A stretch of DNA of 61,070 nt, counting the filler. It is 4 parts of 4 records of this genome, joined end to end, with 100 filler letters (N's around TTAATTAATTAA, not from the genome) between each part and the next. Parts side by side here need not be neighbours in the genome. Positions count along the whole stretch, not along the records: positions 8,834 to 28,746 come from SRR2962707_1961; positions 28,847 to 35,348 come from SRR2962707_1966; 2 more parts are not named here. One strand, 5' to 3'. This document shows, in pieces, positions 21,059 to 32,945 of this stretch (position 1 is its first letter; each line of letters begins with the position of its first letter). The notes beneath the pieces are model-generated. The model worked only from the letters and a program-made list of their open reading frames with translations. It made no database searches and had not been told where the DNA came from. Position numbers and translations under genes: made by a program.

Positions 21059-22033
21059 ATGCTATTTTCACTTAATCGCAAGCGTTTCAAGGATTTGTCC
21101 GAGCAGGAAATCATCGCCCTCGCGATCTCTTCCGAGGAAGACGATGCGCGTATCTATCGCGGTTACGCGGAAAACCTGCGCGAAGAATTCCCCGACAGCG
21201 CCGCCATTTTCGAAGGCATGGCAGCCGAGGAAGACGGTCATCGGCAACGGTTGATCGACCTGCACACCAAACGTTTTGGCCCCACTATCCCCCTGATCCG
21301 CCGCGAACATGTGTCGGGCTATTATGCCCGCACACCCGTCTGGCTGATCGAAAACCTTGGCCTCGACCGTATCCGCGCCGAAGCGGCCGCCATGGAAAAA
21401 TCAGCCGAGAATTTCTACCTACAGGCCGCTGCACGCACGACCGACGCTTCCACGCGCAAACTGCTGGGCGATCTGGCCGCCGCCGAAGCGGGCCACCAAC
21501 GCACCGCCGATGACCTCGCCGCGACCCACCTGAACGAAGACATCATCAGCAAGGAAGACAGCGAGGCACACCGTCAATTCGTGCTGACTTGGGTGCAGCC
21601 GGGTTTGGCGGGCTTGATGGATGGCTCGGTCTCGACCCTCGCACCGATCTTTGCCACGGCATTCGCGACACAGGACACTTGGACGACATTTCTGGTGGGC
21701 CTCGCTGCCTCATTGGGGGCAGGCATCTCAATGGGTTTCACCGAAGCGGCCTCGGACGATGGTCAGATTTCGGGTCGCGGCTCCCCGATTAAACGCGGCT
21801 TATCCGCTGGCATCATGACGGCACTTGGCGGCTTGGGCCATGCATTACCCTATTTGATCACCGATTTCTGGACAGCGACAATCATCGCCTTCGCCGTTGT
21901 ATTTGTTGAACTTTGGGCCATTGCATGGATCCAAAACCGCTATATGAACACGCCGTTTTTCCGGGCGGCCTTTCAGGTGGTCTTGGGCGGTGCATTGGTC
22001 TTCGCGGTCGGCGTCGTGATTGGGTCAGGTTAA
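21059..22033 (+). CDS. mbfA: Iron exporter MbfA (ferritin-like plus VIT1/CCC1 domain)
   Basis: EEDD/EEDGH/EAGH di-iron motifs followed by [17 protein letters not shown] membrane domain; ICE upstream. Confidence 0.94.
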   Translation: MLFSLNRKRFKDLSEQEIIALAISSEEDDARIYRGYAENLREEFPDSAAIFEGMAAEEDGHRQRLIDLHTKRFGPTIPLIRREHVSGYYARTPVWLIENLGLDRIRAEAAAMEKSAENFYLQAAARTTDASTRKLLGDLAAAEAGHQRTADDLAATHLNEDIISKEDSEAHRQFVLTWVQPGLAGLMDGSVSTLAPIFATAFATQDTWTTFLVGLAASLGAGISMGFTEAASDDGQISGRGSPIKRGLSAGIMTALGGLGHALPYLITDFWTATIIAFAVVFVELWAIAWIQNRYMNTPFFRAAFQVVLGGALVFAVGVVIGSG

Positions 22034-22081
22034 CCGCAACACGCAGTTGCACCTGCCCCGGTTGCCCGCTACCAATTTCAT

Positions 22082-23011
22082 ATGTTGGCGATCCTCCTCA
22101 AAACACTGCCGTTTTTCGCGCTGATCGGTCTGGGCTACTGGGCCGGGCGCACACGTTTCTTCACAGCCGAGGCAACGGCCTACCTGACCAAATTCGTATT
22201 CTACTTTGCCCTCTCCGCGATGCTCTTTCATTTCTCGGCGAACCTGTCCTTGGCCGAGGTTTGGGACAGCCGCCTTGTTGCGGCCTATTTATGGGGAACG
22301 GCATTTGTCTATGGCATCGCAACCATCGTCGGCTTCCTGCGCAATCTGGACGTGGCCAGCACTGCGATGGAGGCCCAATGCGCCGTCATCGGTAACACCG
22401 GTTTTCTGGGCGTGCCCATGCTCACCCTTCTTTTGGGGCCACAGGCGATCGGCCCCGTCGTGCTGGCCCTCGCCGTCGACCTGATCGTCTTTTCCAGCCT
22501 GATTGTCATCCTTATTACGGGCAGCCGCGATGGCCAGATGAGCCTCCGCATTTTACGAACAATCAGCATCGGCCTTGTGAAAAACCCGATGATTGTCGCA
22601 ATATCCTTGGGCTTCGTCTGGTCCGGCCTGCGCATCCCGATCCCAGCACCCATGAACGATTTCCTGGTCATATTGGGTGGTGCCGCGACCCCCGGTGCAT
22701 TGTTCGCAATTGGTGCATCGCTTGCCTCGAAATCAGCTGAAAAACTGCAGGTGGCCGGATGGCTCACCTTTTGCAAACTGGTGCTTCACCCAACCTCTGT
22801 TGCCATGGCTGCCCTGTGGTTCTTCAAGGTCGACCCCTACAAAGCCGGCGTTATCATCGCGGCGGCCTCCCTACCGGTTGCGGGCAATGTCTATATGCTG
22901 GCCCAACACTATAACGTCGGCCCTGCCCGCGTATCCGCCGCCATCTTGGTATCGACCGTGCTCAGTATCGGGACAGTCAGCGCAGTCATCGCGTGGGTGA
23001 CGACGTTCTGA
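22082..23011 (+). CDS. AEC-family transporter
   Basis: GNTGFLGVP, KNPMI, KLVLHP, LPVAGN; about 10 TM segments. Confidence 0.9.
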   Translation: MLAILLKTLPFFALIGLGYWAGRTRFFTAEATAYLTKFVFYFALSAMLFHFSANLSLAEVWDSRLVAAYLWGTAFVYGIATIVGFLRNLDVASTAMEAQCAVIGNTGFLGVPMLTLLLGPQAIGPVVLALAVDLIVFSSLIVILITGSRDGQMSLRILRTISIGLVKNPMIVAISLGFVWSGLRIPIPAPMNDFLVILGGAATPGALFAIGASLASKSAEKLQVAGWLTFCKLVLHPTSVAMAALWFFKVDPYKAGVIIAAASLPVAGNVYMLAQHYNVGPARVSAAILVSTVLSIGTVSAVIAWVTTF

Positions 23012-23114
23012 TCTTCACCCTTTTTCAAATACTCATGGCACAACGCCGCCCCCTTGCCGCATCGGACAATGCAAGTTAGCCATAACCCAACAGCGCATTA
23101 CAGGAGTAAGCCCA

Positions 23115-23948
23115 ATGAAAACCATTTCAGAGAACGCCAGCTTCCACGGCAAACAAGGCGTCTATTCCCACGCCTCGACGTCCTGCAACTGCGATATGAC
23201 CTTCGCGCTCTTTCTCCCCGAGGAAGCCGAGCAAGGGCCTGTGCCGCTGCTTTGGTTCCTCTCGGGGCTAACCTGCACCCATGAAAATGCCATGACCAAG
23301 GCCGGCGCACAGGCTTGGGCGGCCGAGCACGGCATCGCCGTCGTTTTCCCCGACACATCCCCAAGGGGGGATGACGTGGCAGATGACGATGCCTACGATC
23401 TGGGCAAAGGGGCGGGGTTCTATGTAAACGCGACCCAAGAGCCATGGCAGCCGAACTTCCAAATGTGGAGCTATATCGCCGATGAGTTGCCCGCACTTCT
23501 GGCTGAAAACTTCTCGCTGGATATGGATCGCCAAGCCATCTGCGGACACTCAATGGGCGGACACGGCGCGCTGACTTTGGCGATGAATATCAAAGGTCGC
23601 TTCAAATCCGTGTCGGCCTTTGCCCCAATTACAAACCCTTCCGACAGCGACTGGGGCCGCAAACAGCTCACCGCGTATCTCGGATCAGACACGGCCGCGT
23701 GGGCCAACCATGATGCAACACTTTTGATGGCCGAAAAGGGCTTTGACGGGCCGGTTTTGATCGACCAGGGCACGGATGACCAATTCCTTGACCTGCTCAA
23801 ACCCGAAGCTCTGGCCGCCGCGATTGCCAAGCGCCGTCAAAACGCGATCTTCCGGATGCAACCGGGCTATGATCACAGCTATTTCTTCATCTCGACCTTC
23901 ATGGAAGACCATATCGCCTTCCATGCTGATGCCCTCTACGCGGATTGA
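23115..23948 (+). CDS. fghA: S-formylglutathione hydrolase
   Basis: [31 protein letters not shown]. Confidence 0.96.
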   Translation: MKTISENASFHGKQGVYSHASTSCNCDMTFALFLPEEAEQGPVPLLWFLSGLTCTHENAMTKAGAQAWAAEHGIAVVFPDTSPRGDDVADDDAYDLGKGAGFYVNATQEPWQPNFQMWSYIADELPALLAENFSLDMDRQAICGHSMGGHGALTLAMNIKGRFKSVSAFAPITNPSDSDWGRKQLTAYLGSDTAAWANHDATLLMAEKGFDGPVLIDQGTDDQFLDLLKPEALAAAIAKRRQNAIFRMQPGYDHSYFFISTFMEDHIAFHADALYAD

Positions 23949-23956
23949 ACCCTGCC

Positions 23957-24406
23957 ATGACAGCCCTCTATATTGACGCAGACGCCTGCCCGGTAAAAGC
24001 TGAAGCCGAACGTGTGGCCACCCGTCACAAAATCCGGATGTTCATCGTTTCAAATGGCGGCTTGCGGCCCTCACAGAACCCGCTGGTTGAGAACGTCATC
24101 GTGCCAGACGGCCCCGACGTTGCTGATATCTGGATTGCGGATCGCTGCGGTGCCGGCGATGTGGTTGTCACGGGTGATATCCCCCTTGCCGCGCGCTGCG
24201 TCGAAGCGGGGGCGCGTGTGCTAAAACATAACGGTGAGGCACTGACGGCAGCGAATATCGGAAACGTCCTGGCAACCCGCGATCTGATGGCCGATCTGCG
24301 CGCTGCTGACCCCTTTCGCCAAGGTGGCGGTAAGGGCTTTACAAAAACGGACCGCTCCCGTTTTCTGGAAGCATTGGAGCGGGAAATTCGAGCGGCTCAG
24401 CGGTAG
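23957..24406 (+). CDS. YaiI/YqxD (UPF0178) protein
   Basis: [18 protein letters not shown]. Confidence 0.92.
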   Translation: MTALYIDADACPVKAEAERVATRHKIRMFIVSNGGLRPSQNPLVENVIVPDGPDVADIWIADRCGAGDVVVTGDIPLAARCVEAGARVLKHNGEALTAANIGNVLATRDLMADLRAADPFRQGGGKGFTKTDRSRFLEALEREIRAAQR

Positions 24407-24413
24407 CGCGGGC

Positions 24414-24457
24414 CGTTTTCTTCAAAAGAAAACGCACCGGAATTTTTGAAAATTCCG
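24414..24457. repeat. Tandem double-hairpin intergenic element
   Basis: CGTTTTCTT-caa-AAGAAAACG and CGGAATTTT-tg-AAAATTCCG, two perfect 9-bp inverted repeats. Confidence 0.7.
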
Positions 24458-24480
24458 CCTTCAACCCAAAGGGAAAGCGC

Positions 24481-25101
24481 ATGCAGCCAACCGCAGTCGT
24501 GTTTGATATCGGAAATGTCTTGATCGAATGGCAACCCGAAAGGTTTTTCGATTCCGTCATTGGCGAAACCCGCCGCAAAGAGATGTTTGCCGCAGTTGAC
24601 CTGCACGCGATGAATGACCGCGTCGACAGTGGTGAACATTTTACCGACACGATATATGCCACCGCCGATGCGACTCCGGCTTGGCGCGATGAAATTCGGC
24701 TTTGGCATGATCGCTGGATTGAAATGGCCGCACCGGTCATTCCCCATTCCCTGCGGCTTATGAAGGCGCTTAAAGCCAAGGGTGTTCCCGTATTTTCGCT
24801 GACCAATTTCGGCATCCAGTCTTATGATCTGGCGGCCATACACTATCCATTTCTACGCGAATTCGACCGCGACTTTATCTCGGGTCACATGCGCATGATC
24901 AAACCCGATCCGAACATCTATGCCACGCTGGAAAATCAAAGCGGTTTGGCCCCTGAAAACCTGATCTTTACCGACGACCGGCCAGATAACATCGCCGCTG
25001 CGGCGGCCCGTGGATGGCACACACATCTGTTCACTGATCCTGCAGGCTGGGCCGCGCGTCTGGTATCCGAAGGGCTGCTCTCTCAAGAAGACGCAGCATG
25101 A
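24481..25101 (+). CDS. HAD-family phosphatase
   Basis: VFDIGNVL, LTN, KPDP, FTDD. Confidence 0.92.
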   Translation: MQPTAVVFDIGNVLIEWQPERFFDSVIGETRRKEMFAAVDLHAMNDRVDSGEHFTDTIYATADATPAWRDEIRLWHDRWIEMAAPVIPHSLRLMKALKAKGVPVFSLTNFGIQSYDLAAIHYPFLREFDRDFISGHMRMIKPDPNIYATLENQSGLAPENLIFTDDRPDNIAAAAARGWHTHLFTDPAGWAARLVSEGLLSQEDAA

Positions 25102-26018
25102 CACAGATCGACATCATCCCTTTCGCCGAAGGAGAGGCCACCCTCGACTGGATCGGCCTGACCGACGCGTTGGCGGCTGGCCACACACTGCCCAAGGCCG
25201 AAATCGCCGATACTTTTCTGTACCGCGGGGATGATACGCTTTTGAACCGTGCCGCCTGGATCGATGGTCTGGGCCTCGCTGTTAAATCCGCCACCATTTT
25301 TCCCGGCAACCCGGCAAATGGCGATCCAATGGTGAATGGCGGCGTTTCGCTTTATTCAGACAGCAACGGCATGCTAGAGGCGCTGGTCGATTTCCATCTT
25401 GTCACCAAGTGGAAAACGGCTGGTGACAGCCTGCTTGCCGCGCGTAGGCTGGCGCGCCCGGACAGCCGCAATATCCTGATCCTTGGCGCAGGCACCCAAG
25501 GGCGGGGCCTGCATTCAGCATACTCCGCCGCTTTTCCCGATGCGAAATTTACCGTTTGGAACCGTACAGCTGACAACGCCAAAGCGATGGCCGCCGAGAT
25601 ACCGAACCTAATGATTGCTCAGGACCTTGAGCAGGCAATGCGGCACGCTGACATCATCACCTCTGCCACGATGGCCACCAGCCCGTTTATCAAAGGGGAA
25701 TGGCTACAACCCGGCCAACACCTAGATCTGATCGGTGCATATCGCCCCGACATGCGCGAAGCAGATGATGCCGCACTGACCCGCGCGCGCATCTTTGTCG
25801 ATAGCCTGGACACGACCGTGGACCATATCGGCGAGTTGAAGATTCCCATCACCGACGGCGTCATTTCGCGCGATACAATCATCGCCGACTATTACAATCT
25901 GGATAAATTCACCCGAACTTCGGATGATGAAATCACCCTGTTCAAAAATGGCGGCGGGGCACATTTGGATCTGATGACCAGCCGCTATATCCTAGATCGC
26001 TGGCGCACCCGCCGGTGA
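25098..26018 (+). CDS. Ornithine cyclodeaminase / mu-crystallin family protein
   Basis: TKWKTAGDS, LGAGTQG, IGAYRPDMRE, FKNGGGAHLD. Confidence 0.9.
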   Translation: MTQIDIIPFAEGEATLDWIGLTDALAAGHTLPKAEIADTFLYRGDDTLLNRAAWIDGLGLAVKSATIFPGNPANGDPMVNGGVSLYSDSNGMLEALVDFHLVTKWKTAGDSLLAARRLARPDSRNILILGAGTQGRGLHSAYSAAFPDAKFTVWNRTADNAKAMAAEIPNLMIAQDLEQAMRHADIITSATMATSPFIKGEWLQPGQHLDLIGAYRPDMREADDAALTRARIFVDSLDTTVDHIGELKIPITDGVISRDTIIADYYNLDKFTRTSDDEITLFKNGGGAHLDLMTSRYILDRWRTRR

Positions 26019-26055
26019 TTTGGTTGCTTTGACCCTGATATGACGTGCCGCCAGC

Positions 26056-27297
26056 CTAGGCGGTCACCAACCCATCAAGCCGCTTTTCACGGATCGGCAG
26101 ATGAACAATTGCGCTGAACGCACCCACGGCGACGCCGATCCACCAAACCGTCGTGTATCCGCCATAGGCATCATACATCCGCCCCCCAAGCCATACGCCC
26201 ATAAAACTGCCCAGTTGGTGGCTGAAAAACACGATGCCATACAGCGTCCCCATATAGCGCAGCCCATAAATATGAGCGACCAATCCGCTGGTCAGCGGCA
26301 CGGTCGCCAACCAAAGCGACCCCATCGCGATCGAGAACAGGATCACGGACAGCGGTGTTATCGGCAACAAGATAAAGGCGGCCGAAACCAGGGTACGCGC
26401 CGTATAAATGCCTGCCAACAGATACTTTTTAGAATACCGTTTGCCCGCCCAACCGGCCAGCAGCACCCCCACGATGTTCGCCAATCCAATCAAGGAAATA
26501 GCGATAGCCCCCAAGGCGGATGTCGTCGTGATGCCGATGCTGTGCAAAATGCCACCAACCATAATCGGGCCGCAAAGCTCGGTCACGAAGGCGGGAAAAT
26601 GTGCTGTGATAAAGGCCAACTGATAGCCACACGAGAAAAATCCGACAAAAATCAACGTGAAAGACGGGTCTTTAAACGCCTTAACCAAAATCTGACCCAA
26701 GCTTTCCTCAAGCTCGGCTTTGCTGGCCATCTCGGGTGCCCGCATAAGCGGTAGGGTCAGGATCATCGCCAAAATCGCGCCAGCAAACACCATGAACGTG
26801 GTTTGCCACGTCAAAAACCCAAGCATCCATTCAGCCACAGGGGCACCGAACACCTGCCCCGCACTGCCCGCCGCCGTTACAATCGCCAATGACATAGACC
26901 GGTTTTCGGCCGTTGATGCGCGCCCGACCACCGCGAGGATCACGCCAAAACCCGTGCCCGCGATACCAAAACCAACCAGCCAAGCATAAGTTTGATGTTC
27001 AATCGGGGATACAGAATTGGCCGAAAGCACCAAGCCGACGGCATAAACGACTGAACCAATGACGATGGCGCGGCGATCGCCGATCTTTTCCGCCAACGCG
27101 CCAAAGATGGGCTGCCCGAAGCCCCAAGCAAGGTTCTGGATCGCAATCGCCAGTGAAAACTCGCTCCGAAGCCAGCCGAACTCGGCCGCAATCGGAATCT
27201 GGAACACGCCGAACGACGCGCGGATGGCAAAGCTGACCATAATGATCAAGCACCCAACAATCAAAACCGGGGTGAATATCGATGGGTTCTTTTCCAC
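26056..27297 (-). CDS. MFS transporter
   Basis: About 12 TM, GALAEKIGDRR, GFFSCGYQ, HQLGSF; GTG start with AAAGGA RBS. Confidence 0.9.
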   Translation of the reverse strand: MEKNPSIFTPVLIVGCLIIMVSFAIRASFGVFQIPIAAEFGWLRSEFSLAIAIQNLAWGFGQPIFGALAEKIGDRRAIVIGSVVYAVGLVLSANSVSPIEHQTYAWLVGFGIAGTGFGVILAVVGRASTAENRSMSLAIVTAAGSAGQVFGAPVAEWMLGFLTWQTTFMVFAGAILAMILTLPLMRAPEMASKAELEESLGQILVKAFKDPSFTLIFVGFFSCGYQLAFITAHFPAFVTELCGPIMVGGILHSIGITTTSALGAIAISLIGLANIVGVLLAGWAGKRYSKKYLLAGIYTARTLVSAAFILLPITPLSVILFSIAMGSLWLATVPLTSGLVAHIYGLRYMGTLYGIVFFSHQLGSFMGVWLGGRMYDAYGGYTTVWWIGVAVGAFSAIVHLPIREKRLDGLVTA

Positions 27298-27424
27298 GTG
27301 CGTGTTCCTTTTTGCGATCAACGGCACCGTACATTCACGCGGGCGGGCGTCAATTCAAATTGGACGTCAGTCGTGATGCATCCACGTTCTTTTCAAACGC
27401 TTGGGCAGCATGTAAGCCTCTGTC

Positions 27425-28483
27425 ATGACAGATTTGCGTACTCTTTACGATCAGCTTGTAGCCGACGGCACCCTGGCCCCCGATCCCGCCCAAGAAGCGG
27501 TGCTGCCCGAATTTGACCGCATAAGAAATGCCCTGCTTAACCCTGAAAAAAAGGGGTTCTTCAAACGCGCACCCGAGCCGCCTAAAGGCCTTTATCTTTG
27601 GGGTGGTGTTGGGCGCGGCAAATCAATGCTGATGGATATGTTTGCAAATAACATGGGCGATATACCCGCCCGGCGCGTCCATTTTCATGCGTTTATGCAA
27701 GAAATACACAGCGCAATGCACGAAGCGCGCAAAACCGGCGTTGATGATGCAATTGCCCCCGTCGCAGCCGATGTTGCCGCCTCCGTCAAAGTTCTGGCAT
27801 TTGATGAAATGCAGATCACCGACATCACCGACGCCATGATTGTCGGGCGGCTGTTTCAGGCGCTTTTTGCTGCAGGTGTTGTTGTTGTGACCACATCGAA
27901 TCGCATACCTGATGATCTTTACAAAGACGGGCTGAACCGCCAACTTTTCCTACCCTTTATCGAGCTTATCAAGGAAAAGATGGTGGTTTGGGAGCTGACC
28001 AGCCCACGCGATTACCGGCAAGACAGGCTGGCGGGATCGCAATCTTATTTCACGCCGGTTAACGTAGAAAGCCGTGCCGCGATGGATGCTGTTTGGGATG
28101 ATCTGACAGGGGGTGCGGGCGAAGAGCTAACGCTGCGGGTCAAAGGCCGCGATGTGGTTATCCCCCAGTTTCGCAATGGCATTGCCCGCGCGGGATTTCA
28201 TGCATTATGCGGCCAACCGCTGGGGGCAGCGGACTATCTAAGCCTTGCGGAAGCGTGCCGCGTTTTGCTGTTGGACAACATTCCGTCCTTGGGCCGCGCA
28301 AACTTTAACGAAGCCAAGCGTTTCGTCACCCTGATCGACGCGCTTTATGAGGCCAAAGTACGTCTGATCTGCTCTGCTGCCGCCAGTCCGGAGATGTTGT
28401 ACCTAGAAGGCGAAGGCACTTTCGAGTTTGAACGGACAGCATCGCGCCTAAGAGAAATGCAGGCAGAAGGCTGGGGCAGCTAA
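27425..28483 (+). CDS. zapE: AFG1/ZapE-family ATPase
   Basis: GGVGRGKSMLMD Walker A, HFHAFM, FDEM, TTSN, RTASRL. Confidence 0.93.
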   Translation: MTDLRTLYDQLVADGTLAPDPAQEAVLPEFDRIRNALLNPEKKGFFKRAPEPPKGLYLWGGVGRGKSMLMDMFANNMGDIPARRVHFHAFMQEIHSAMHEARKTGVDDAIAPVAADVAASVKVLAFDEMQITDITDAMIVGRLFQALFAAGVVVVTTSNRIPDDLYKDGLNRQLFLPFIELIKEKMVVWELTSPRDYRQDRLAGSQSYFTPVNVESRAAMDAVWDDLTGGAGEELTLRVKGRDVVIPQFRNGIARAGFHALCGQPLGAADYLSLAEACRVLLLDNIPSLGRANFNEAKRFVTLIDALYEAKVRLICSAAASPEMLYLEGEGTFEFERTASRLREMQAEGWGS

Positions 28484-28746
28484 AACCCCGGAATCTCGAT
28501 CATCTGCCCGACCTGTGCTTCGGCTATTCGGTTAAACGTGTCATTTGCCCCAGCGATACGCATATGGTCCAGCGGATCGCCATAATAGGCCAGCGATAGC
28601 CCTGCCAGACTATCCGATAAACGAAGCGGATGCTGTTGAGAGGCCTGCACAGCAGCCGTTGATAGTGGCTTATCTACTGCGTCATTGTGTTTTGCCGCGA
28701 CCAAAATAGATCGGAGCAAGCTTGGTGTATCCAGCCGCCCGGATAG
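28480..28746 (-). CDS. 3' fragment of a protein with a C-terminal LysM-like domain
   Basis: DSLAGLSLAYYGDP..RIAGAN...VGQMIEIP; cut by the contig end. Confidence 0.6.
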   Translation of the reverse strand, partial: LSGRLDTPSLLRSILVAAKHNDAVDKPLSTAAVQASQQHPLRLSDSLAGLSLAYYGDPLDHMRIAGANDTFNRIAEAQVGQMIEIPGF

Positions 28747-28846
28747 NNNNNNNNNNNNNNNNNNNNNNNNNNNNNNNNNNNNNNNNNNNNTTAATTAATT
28801 AANNNNNNNNNNNNNNNNNNNNNNNNNNNNNNNNNNNNNNNNNNNN
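28747..28846. other. Artificial contig linker
   Basis: 44 N + TTAATTAATTAA + 44 N. Confidence 0.99.
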
Positions 28847-28915
28847 CTCGAGACTCTCTCACTCTCGAGACTCTCTGGCTCGCTCGCTCGCTCGCTCATC
28901 ACTCACTCATCCCAC
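28847..28915. repeat. Low-complexity CTCGAGACTCTCT / (CTCG)n / (ACTC)n array at contig start
   Basis: Two copies of CTCGAGACTCTCT then short 4-mer arrays. Confidence 0.8.
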
Positions 28916-29177
28916 TCTTCCATATATATTTTCGATGGTCTCTGTTTCTGCTCCAAAAATCCATTTCTGCTTCTGTGTGGGTGCAACGCGGTGTTGTGCT
29001 CCTTTGACAACTCGCTTTTTAGGACTCGCCACTTGCTGCTGCTACTGGTACTCTTCGCCAATCTCCTGCCTTTTCCCGGTATTGAATGGCAGAAATAATC
29101 GAATAGGACTCAAACAACAACAACAACAACAACTGAGAAGGTGTTTGCTTGTGGAGGCAGCGAGCAGCGTGCGCGGC

Positions 29178-32100
29178 ATGCGCCGCCTGGCTATTCCAGC
29201 AGCTAGCCGCTTGTGGAGGCACAAGCTGCAGCGCCCGTTGTTGCAGGCTGGCCGTGCTGTGTCTGCGAAATGGTGCCAGCACCCACTGCCTTGCACTGTT
29301 TGCCGCCGCCGCTGGGCGAGTTCGTTCACCTATGTGCCCAGCCCGCTTCAGACACTCGACGAAAGTGACGGTATTGAGCCTGCCGGTATTACCAGCATTG
29401 GACAAGAAATTGGATTCGCAGGCATACGCGGGCTGCTCACGCCCGCGGACTTTGCGCCAATGACTCAGGAAGCTGCAAAAGATATTGAGGAGCTGGTGCG
29501 CAAGTGCGTGGCGAACGGTCCCCCAACGTCCGCGCAGGATGTGAAGCGAGTGATTGCGTGCATGGACGGGATATCCAATGCGGTTTGTGCCGTGGCCGAT
29601 GTTGTCGCATTCTGCAGGGCGGTGCACGCGGACGAAGCATGGCGAGAAGCTGCAAGCACTGCGGCTGTTCGAATGGATGAGATCATCATTGGCCTAAACT
29701 CCAACCCTGAAATATATGCGTGCTTGGCGGGTGGCTTGGATGTGGCAGTTGAGTTGTCTCGTGGCTTTAGCGGAGACGCCAGCGCCGGTGCTGCTGGCGC
29801 CGATCCACAGGCCCCATTTAGTGCGGAGGAGATGCGAATGCTGCGGGACTTGGTGCATGATATGGAGGATGGAGGTTCCGGGCGCAACATGTCGGACACA
29901 GACGCTGCTCACGTGGCTCAACTGCATGCGAATATCGCGAACCTGAAATATCTCTTTACAACTGCTATAAGCAATGAGGACGGCTGGGTGGTCAAGGTGG
30001 CTGCGTCGCAAGCGGACACTGTCGCTCTCGCGCTTGGGCAGGCGCCACTTTCTCATGAAGATAATGATCAGCAGGAAGCCAACGATATTGCCACCAGTAG
30101 CTTCTACATCCCCAAAGCTAGTTGGCCTGCCGTCCTGCACCGGATCGAGGATCGAGCTACCCGTCACGATATTTACTGTCAAGTGGAGAACGTCGCCCCT
30201 GGAAACAACGACGTTGTTCTTGACGCCCTGTCGGTGCAGTGCTGGACATTGGCGAAACAACTTGGTCGAGAGAGCTACTCGGATCTACAGTTGCGGCGAT
30301 TGATGTTGAACTCCCGGAGTGATGTCAACGACGTGCTTGCAGCGATGGCGGAAAATTTGCGAGAGGGCGCAAAGCACGATCTGGCCGAACTCGTCGGACG
30401 CGAGGATGTAACACACGGTTCTATCATCGCCCAAGAGAGCGCTCCAATTTCATCAGCGGATTTTGAATTTTTGGCGGCGCGGAGCAAAGGGCCTGGTGGT
30501 GCACTCTACATCCCGGTGCGTGTGGAGAGCAAAACTTTTTTCTGTTTGAGCAATTGTGACTGACTGGGTCTCACGGACCTATTGCTCCTGCCGTGCTGTG
30601 CTTTTGGCTCTTTGGACAGGCTCCCAACAATCTCTGCGCTTACTTGACGTTGGATGGGGTCGTGGAAGCGCTGTCTGGTTCGTTTTCCCTGCAGGCAGCG
30701 GTCCTCGAAGACACACAAGTTCCTGTTTTTCCCAAGTGTTGCCGTTGCTGTTCGGCTCTGTTTTGCGTTGATTCCGGCTGTTTGCATCGTGCGCTTCGCA
30801 GGTTTGTGCAAGGATGTCTTTGGCGTGCATCTCGAGGCCGTTCCTGTCCGTGAGCATGAATCGTGGGTAAGTGGCGGCAGCAGTCGGCAACTCGGCTCTT
30901 CGGGCCAATTGCTCAAGTTCAGCCTCGTCGAAAACCAGCGAGACGATGGCGATGTGCTAGTTTTGGGCGACCTCTATCTAGATTTGGCACCACGGCCAAA
31001 CAAGCCTGTTGGTGCCGCACAGCACACACTGCAGTGCGGTCGCGCACTAGCAAACGATATACTGATTGATCAACCGAGTGTTTTTTGCATTGACGGCGCA
31101 GCTGCCAAAGCGGGCATGGTGCGACCGGGAATTGCAGGCATGTCGAGCTTTGATGGCGGTGATTCACTGAGCCATCCCTCGCGGGTAGCGTCACTGCAGC
31201 AAGGTCTCGGCTACCAGCGGCCCGTCGTGGCTTTAGTTCTTGACTGTGAATCGTTGACGCGACCACACGACCCACATGTTGATGCACAGAGCTTGCTAAA
31301 TCTTTTCCACGAGTTTGGTCATGCCGTGCACTCATTGATGTCAAGAAGCCGGTGCGTTGCTGCTGCCTGCCCATGTGTGGTGGAAGACAGCAGGCACGGA
31401 CATGCGTGTGCAGGTGCCGACTTGAAGCCATGCACATGCACCTACACTGCTCACGCTCAATGTGATTCACATACTTTCAGGTTTCACCACCTGTCCGGGT
31501 CTCGCACGCCAACCGACTTCTGCGAAATTCCCTCGCAACTTTTTGAAAAATTCGTAGCGGATCCACGTTTTTTGCGAACGTATCTTAGGTACGCTGCTCT
31601 GCAAAGTTGCCTTTGTTGTGTTCATGAATCCGGGTTTGACATGCACTTGCTGGCCATCCCCTTCCAATGCCGCAATGTTTCTCATCCTATCATGTCCGCC
31701 TCTTTACTTTTGGCCAGGCATTCTGAAACCGGTGAACCGCCCACGAGTGACGTGGTTGAGTATATTTGCGGCTACTGGAGGGGCACTCGAGCATTGGCGG
31801 CCCTGCAGCAGGTTGTGCTGGTACGTCACTCACGTGTTGATCGGCTCCAACCGCTGCTGAGCTTCTTGCTGACTGCATTCTGAAATTGCTTTTCTTACTA
31901 TGCACTCTGCTTGTTTTGCAATGTGATGTGCAGTCACAGTTCGATCAGTGCGTTTTCGGGCCAGCTCCACCGTTTCCGAAGCACCTACAAAAAGCGCAGC
32001 TAATAGAGCAAGGAGTTTCTGTTCCGGATGAAGTTTTACAGGCGTGTGGGATGGTCGAGACTCAGCAGGCATTGCAAGCTCAAGTGGTTAACTCCCTTCC

Positions 32101-32557
32101 GCAACCAGGGCCCAATCCTTGGCGCCGAGCTAGTCTGGTTTGTACTTGTTTCGCCATGGCGCATACTGGAGTTGCAAATTAAATCTCCGCCGTTTGTTAC
32201 TAAAGTCAGGCGATGACGGTTTGGGTGATACAATTGTAGGCCTCCTACTCAGGAACTTATCACAGCTACATTGTCGCTGACTTTGCGGCGCAGGCCTTGT
32301 GGGACAAGCTGTTTGCACCCTCGTCTCGAAACCCTGCTGATGGTGACCGGCTGCTTGACGATTTTTACAGGCAGGAGGATGCAAGGAAAGCTGGTGAGGC
32401 TCTGCGGTATGGACTTCTGCAACCAGGGAACGGCCGTGACCCTCGTCAAACCTTGTTTCGTACTCTGGGACTGTCGGGTAACAAAGCTGACGAAGGTGCT
32501 TTTGCTTTCGCGGGGTTGATTCGCGATGCAGCACGCAACACGTGCCCGACGAAATAA
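29178..32557 (+). CDS. Multi-exon mitochondrial intermediate peptidase (M3A metallopeptidase)
   Basis: Arg-rich acid-free presequence (MRRLAIPAASRLWR), LYLDLAPRPNK, LFHEFGHAVH, DFCEIPSQLFE, YSGTYHSY, GRDP; GT-AG introns such as 30516-30619. Confidence 0.88.
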
Positions 32558-32945
32558 TTCGCTTGGCTTGGATTCGACACCAGCAAGACAGGCTCGCAAA
32601 AATCCATCTGTTACATTTAAATTGCACTCACGCCATCGAGGTTGAAGGGTTGAACGGTAGGTTACGTTTACGGGCGGATATCATTCCTAATTTAATAAAT
32701 TGTCGAAAGCGGCACGTTGTCTCGAGCAAAGTCGCGATTGTCAGAGACCCGATATTTGCCTAGATGTGCTCGCGCTCTGTGAGAGACATTTCGTGCTCAC
32801 TGTCTGTGCCGAACAGAACATCTCCTCCATCAGACCACTCGGAAGACTCTGTTCGAGCAAACGACACACACAACAAAAGCGAGAGGAGACCTGTAAACCT
32901 CACTTCATTCTCCAAGACACGGGCAGACATGCGCACTTTTGCAGT

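Noticed and set aside
26014-26031. GTG ATT TGG TTG CTT TGA as a relic of a deleted downstream gene
   Set aside because: Only five codons; cannot be told from chance without comparative genomes
28935-29177. 81-codon N-terminal extension of the peptidase with poly-Gln
   Set aside because: Poly-Gln comes from a (CAA)n microsatellite; ATG 29178 starts a typical mitochondrial presequence
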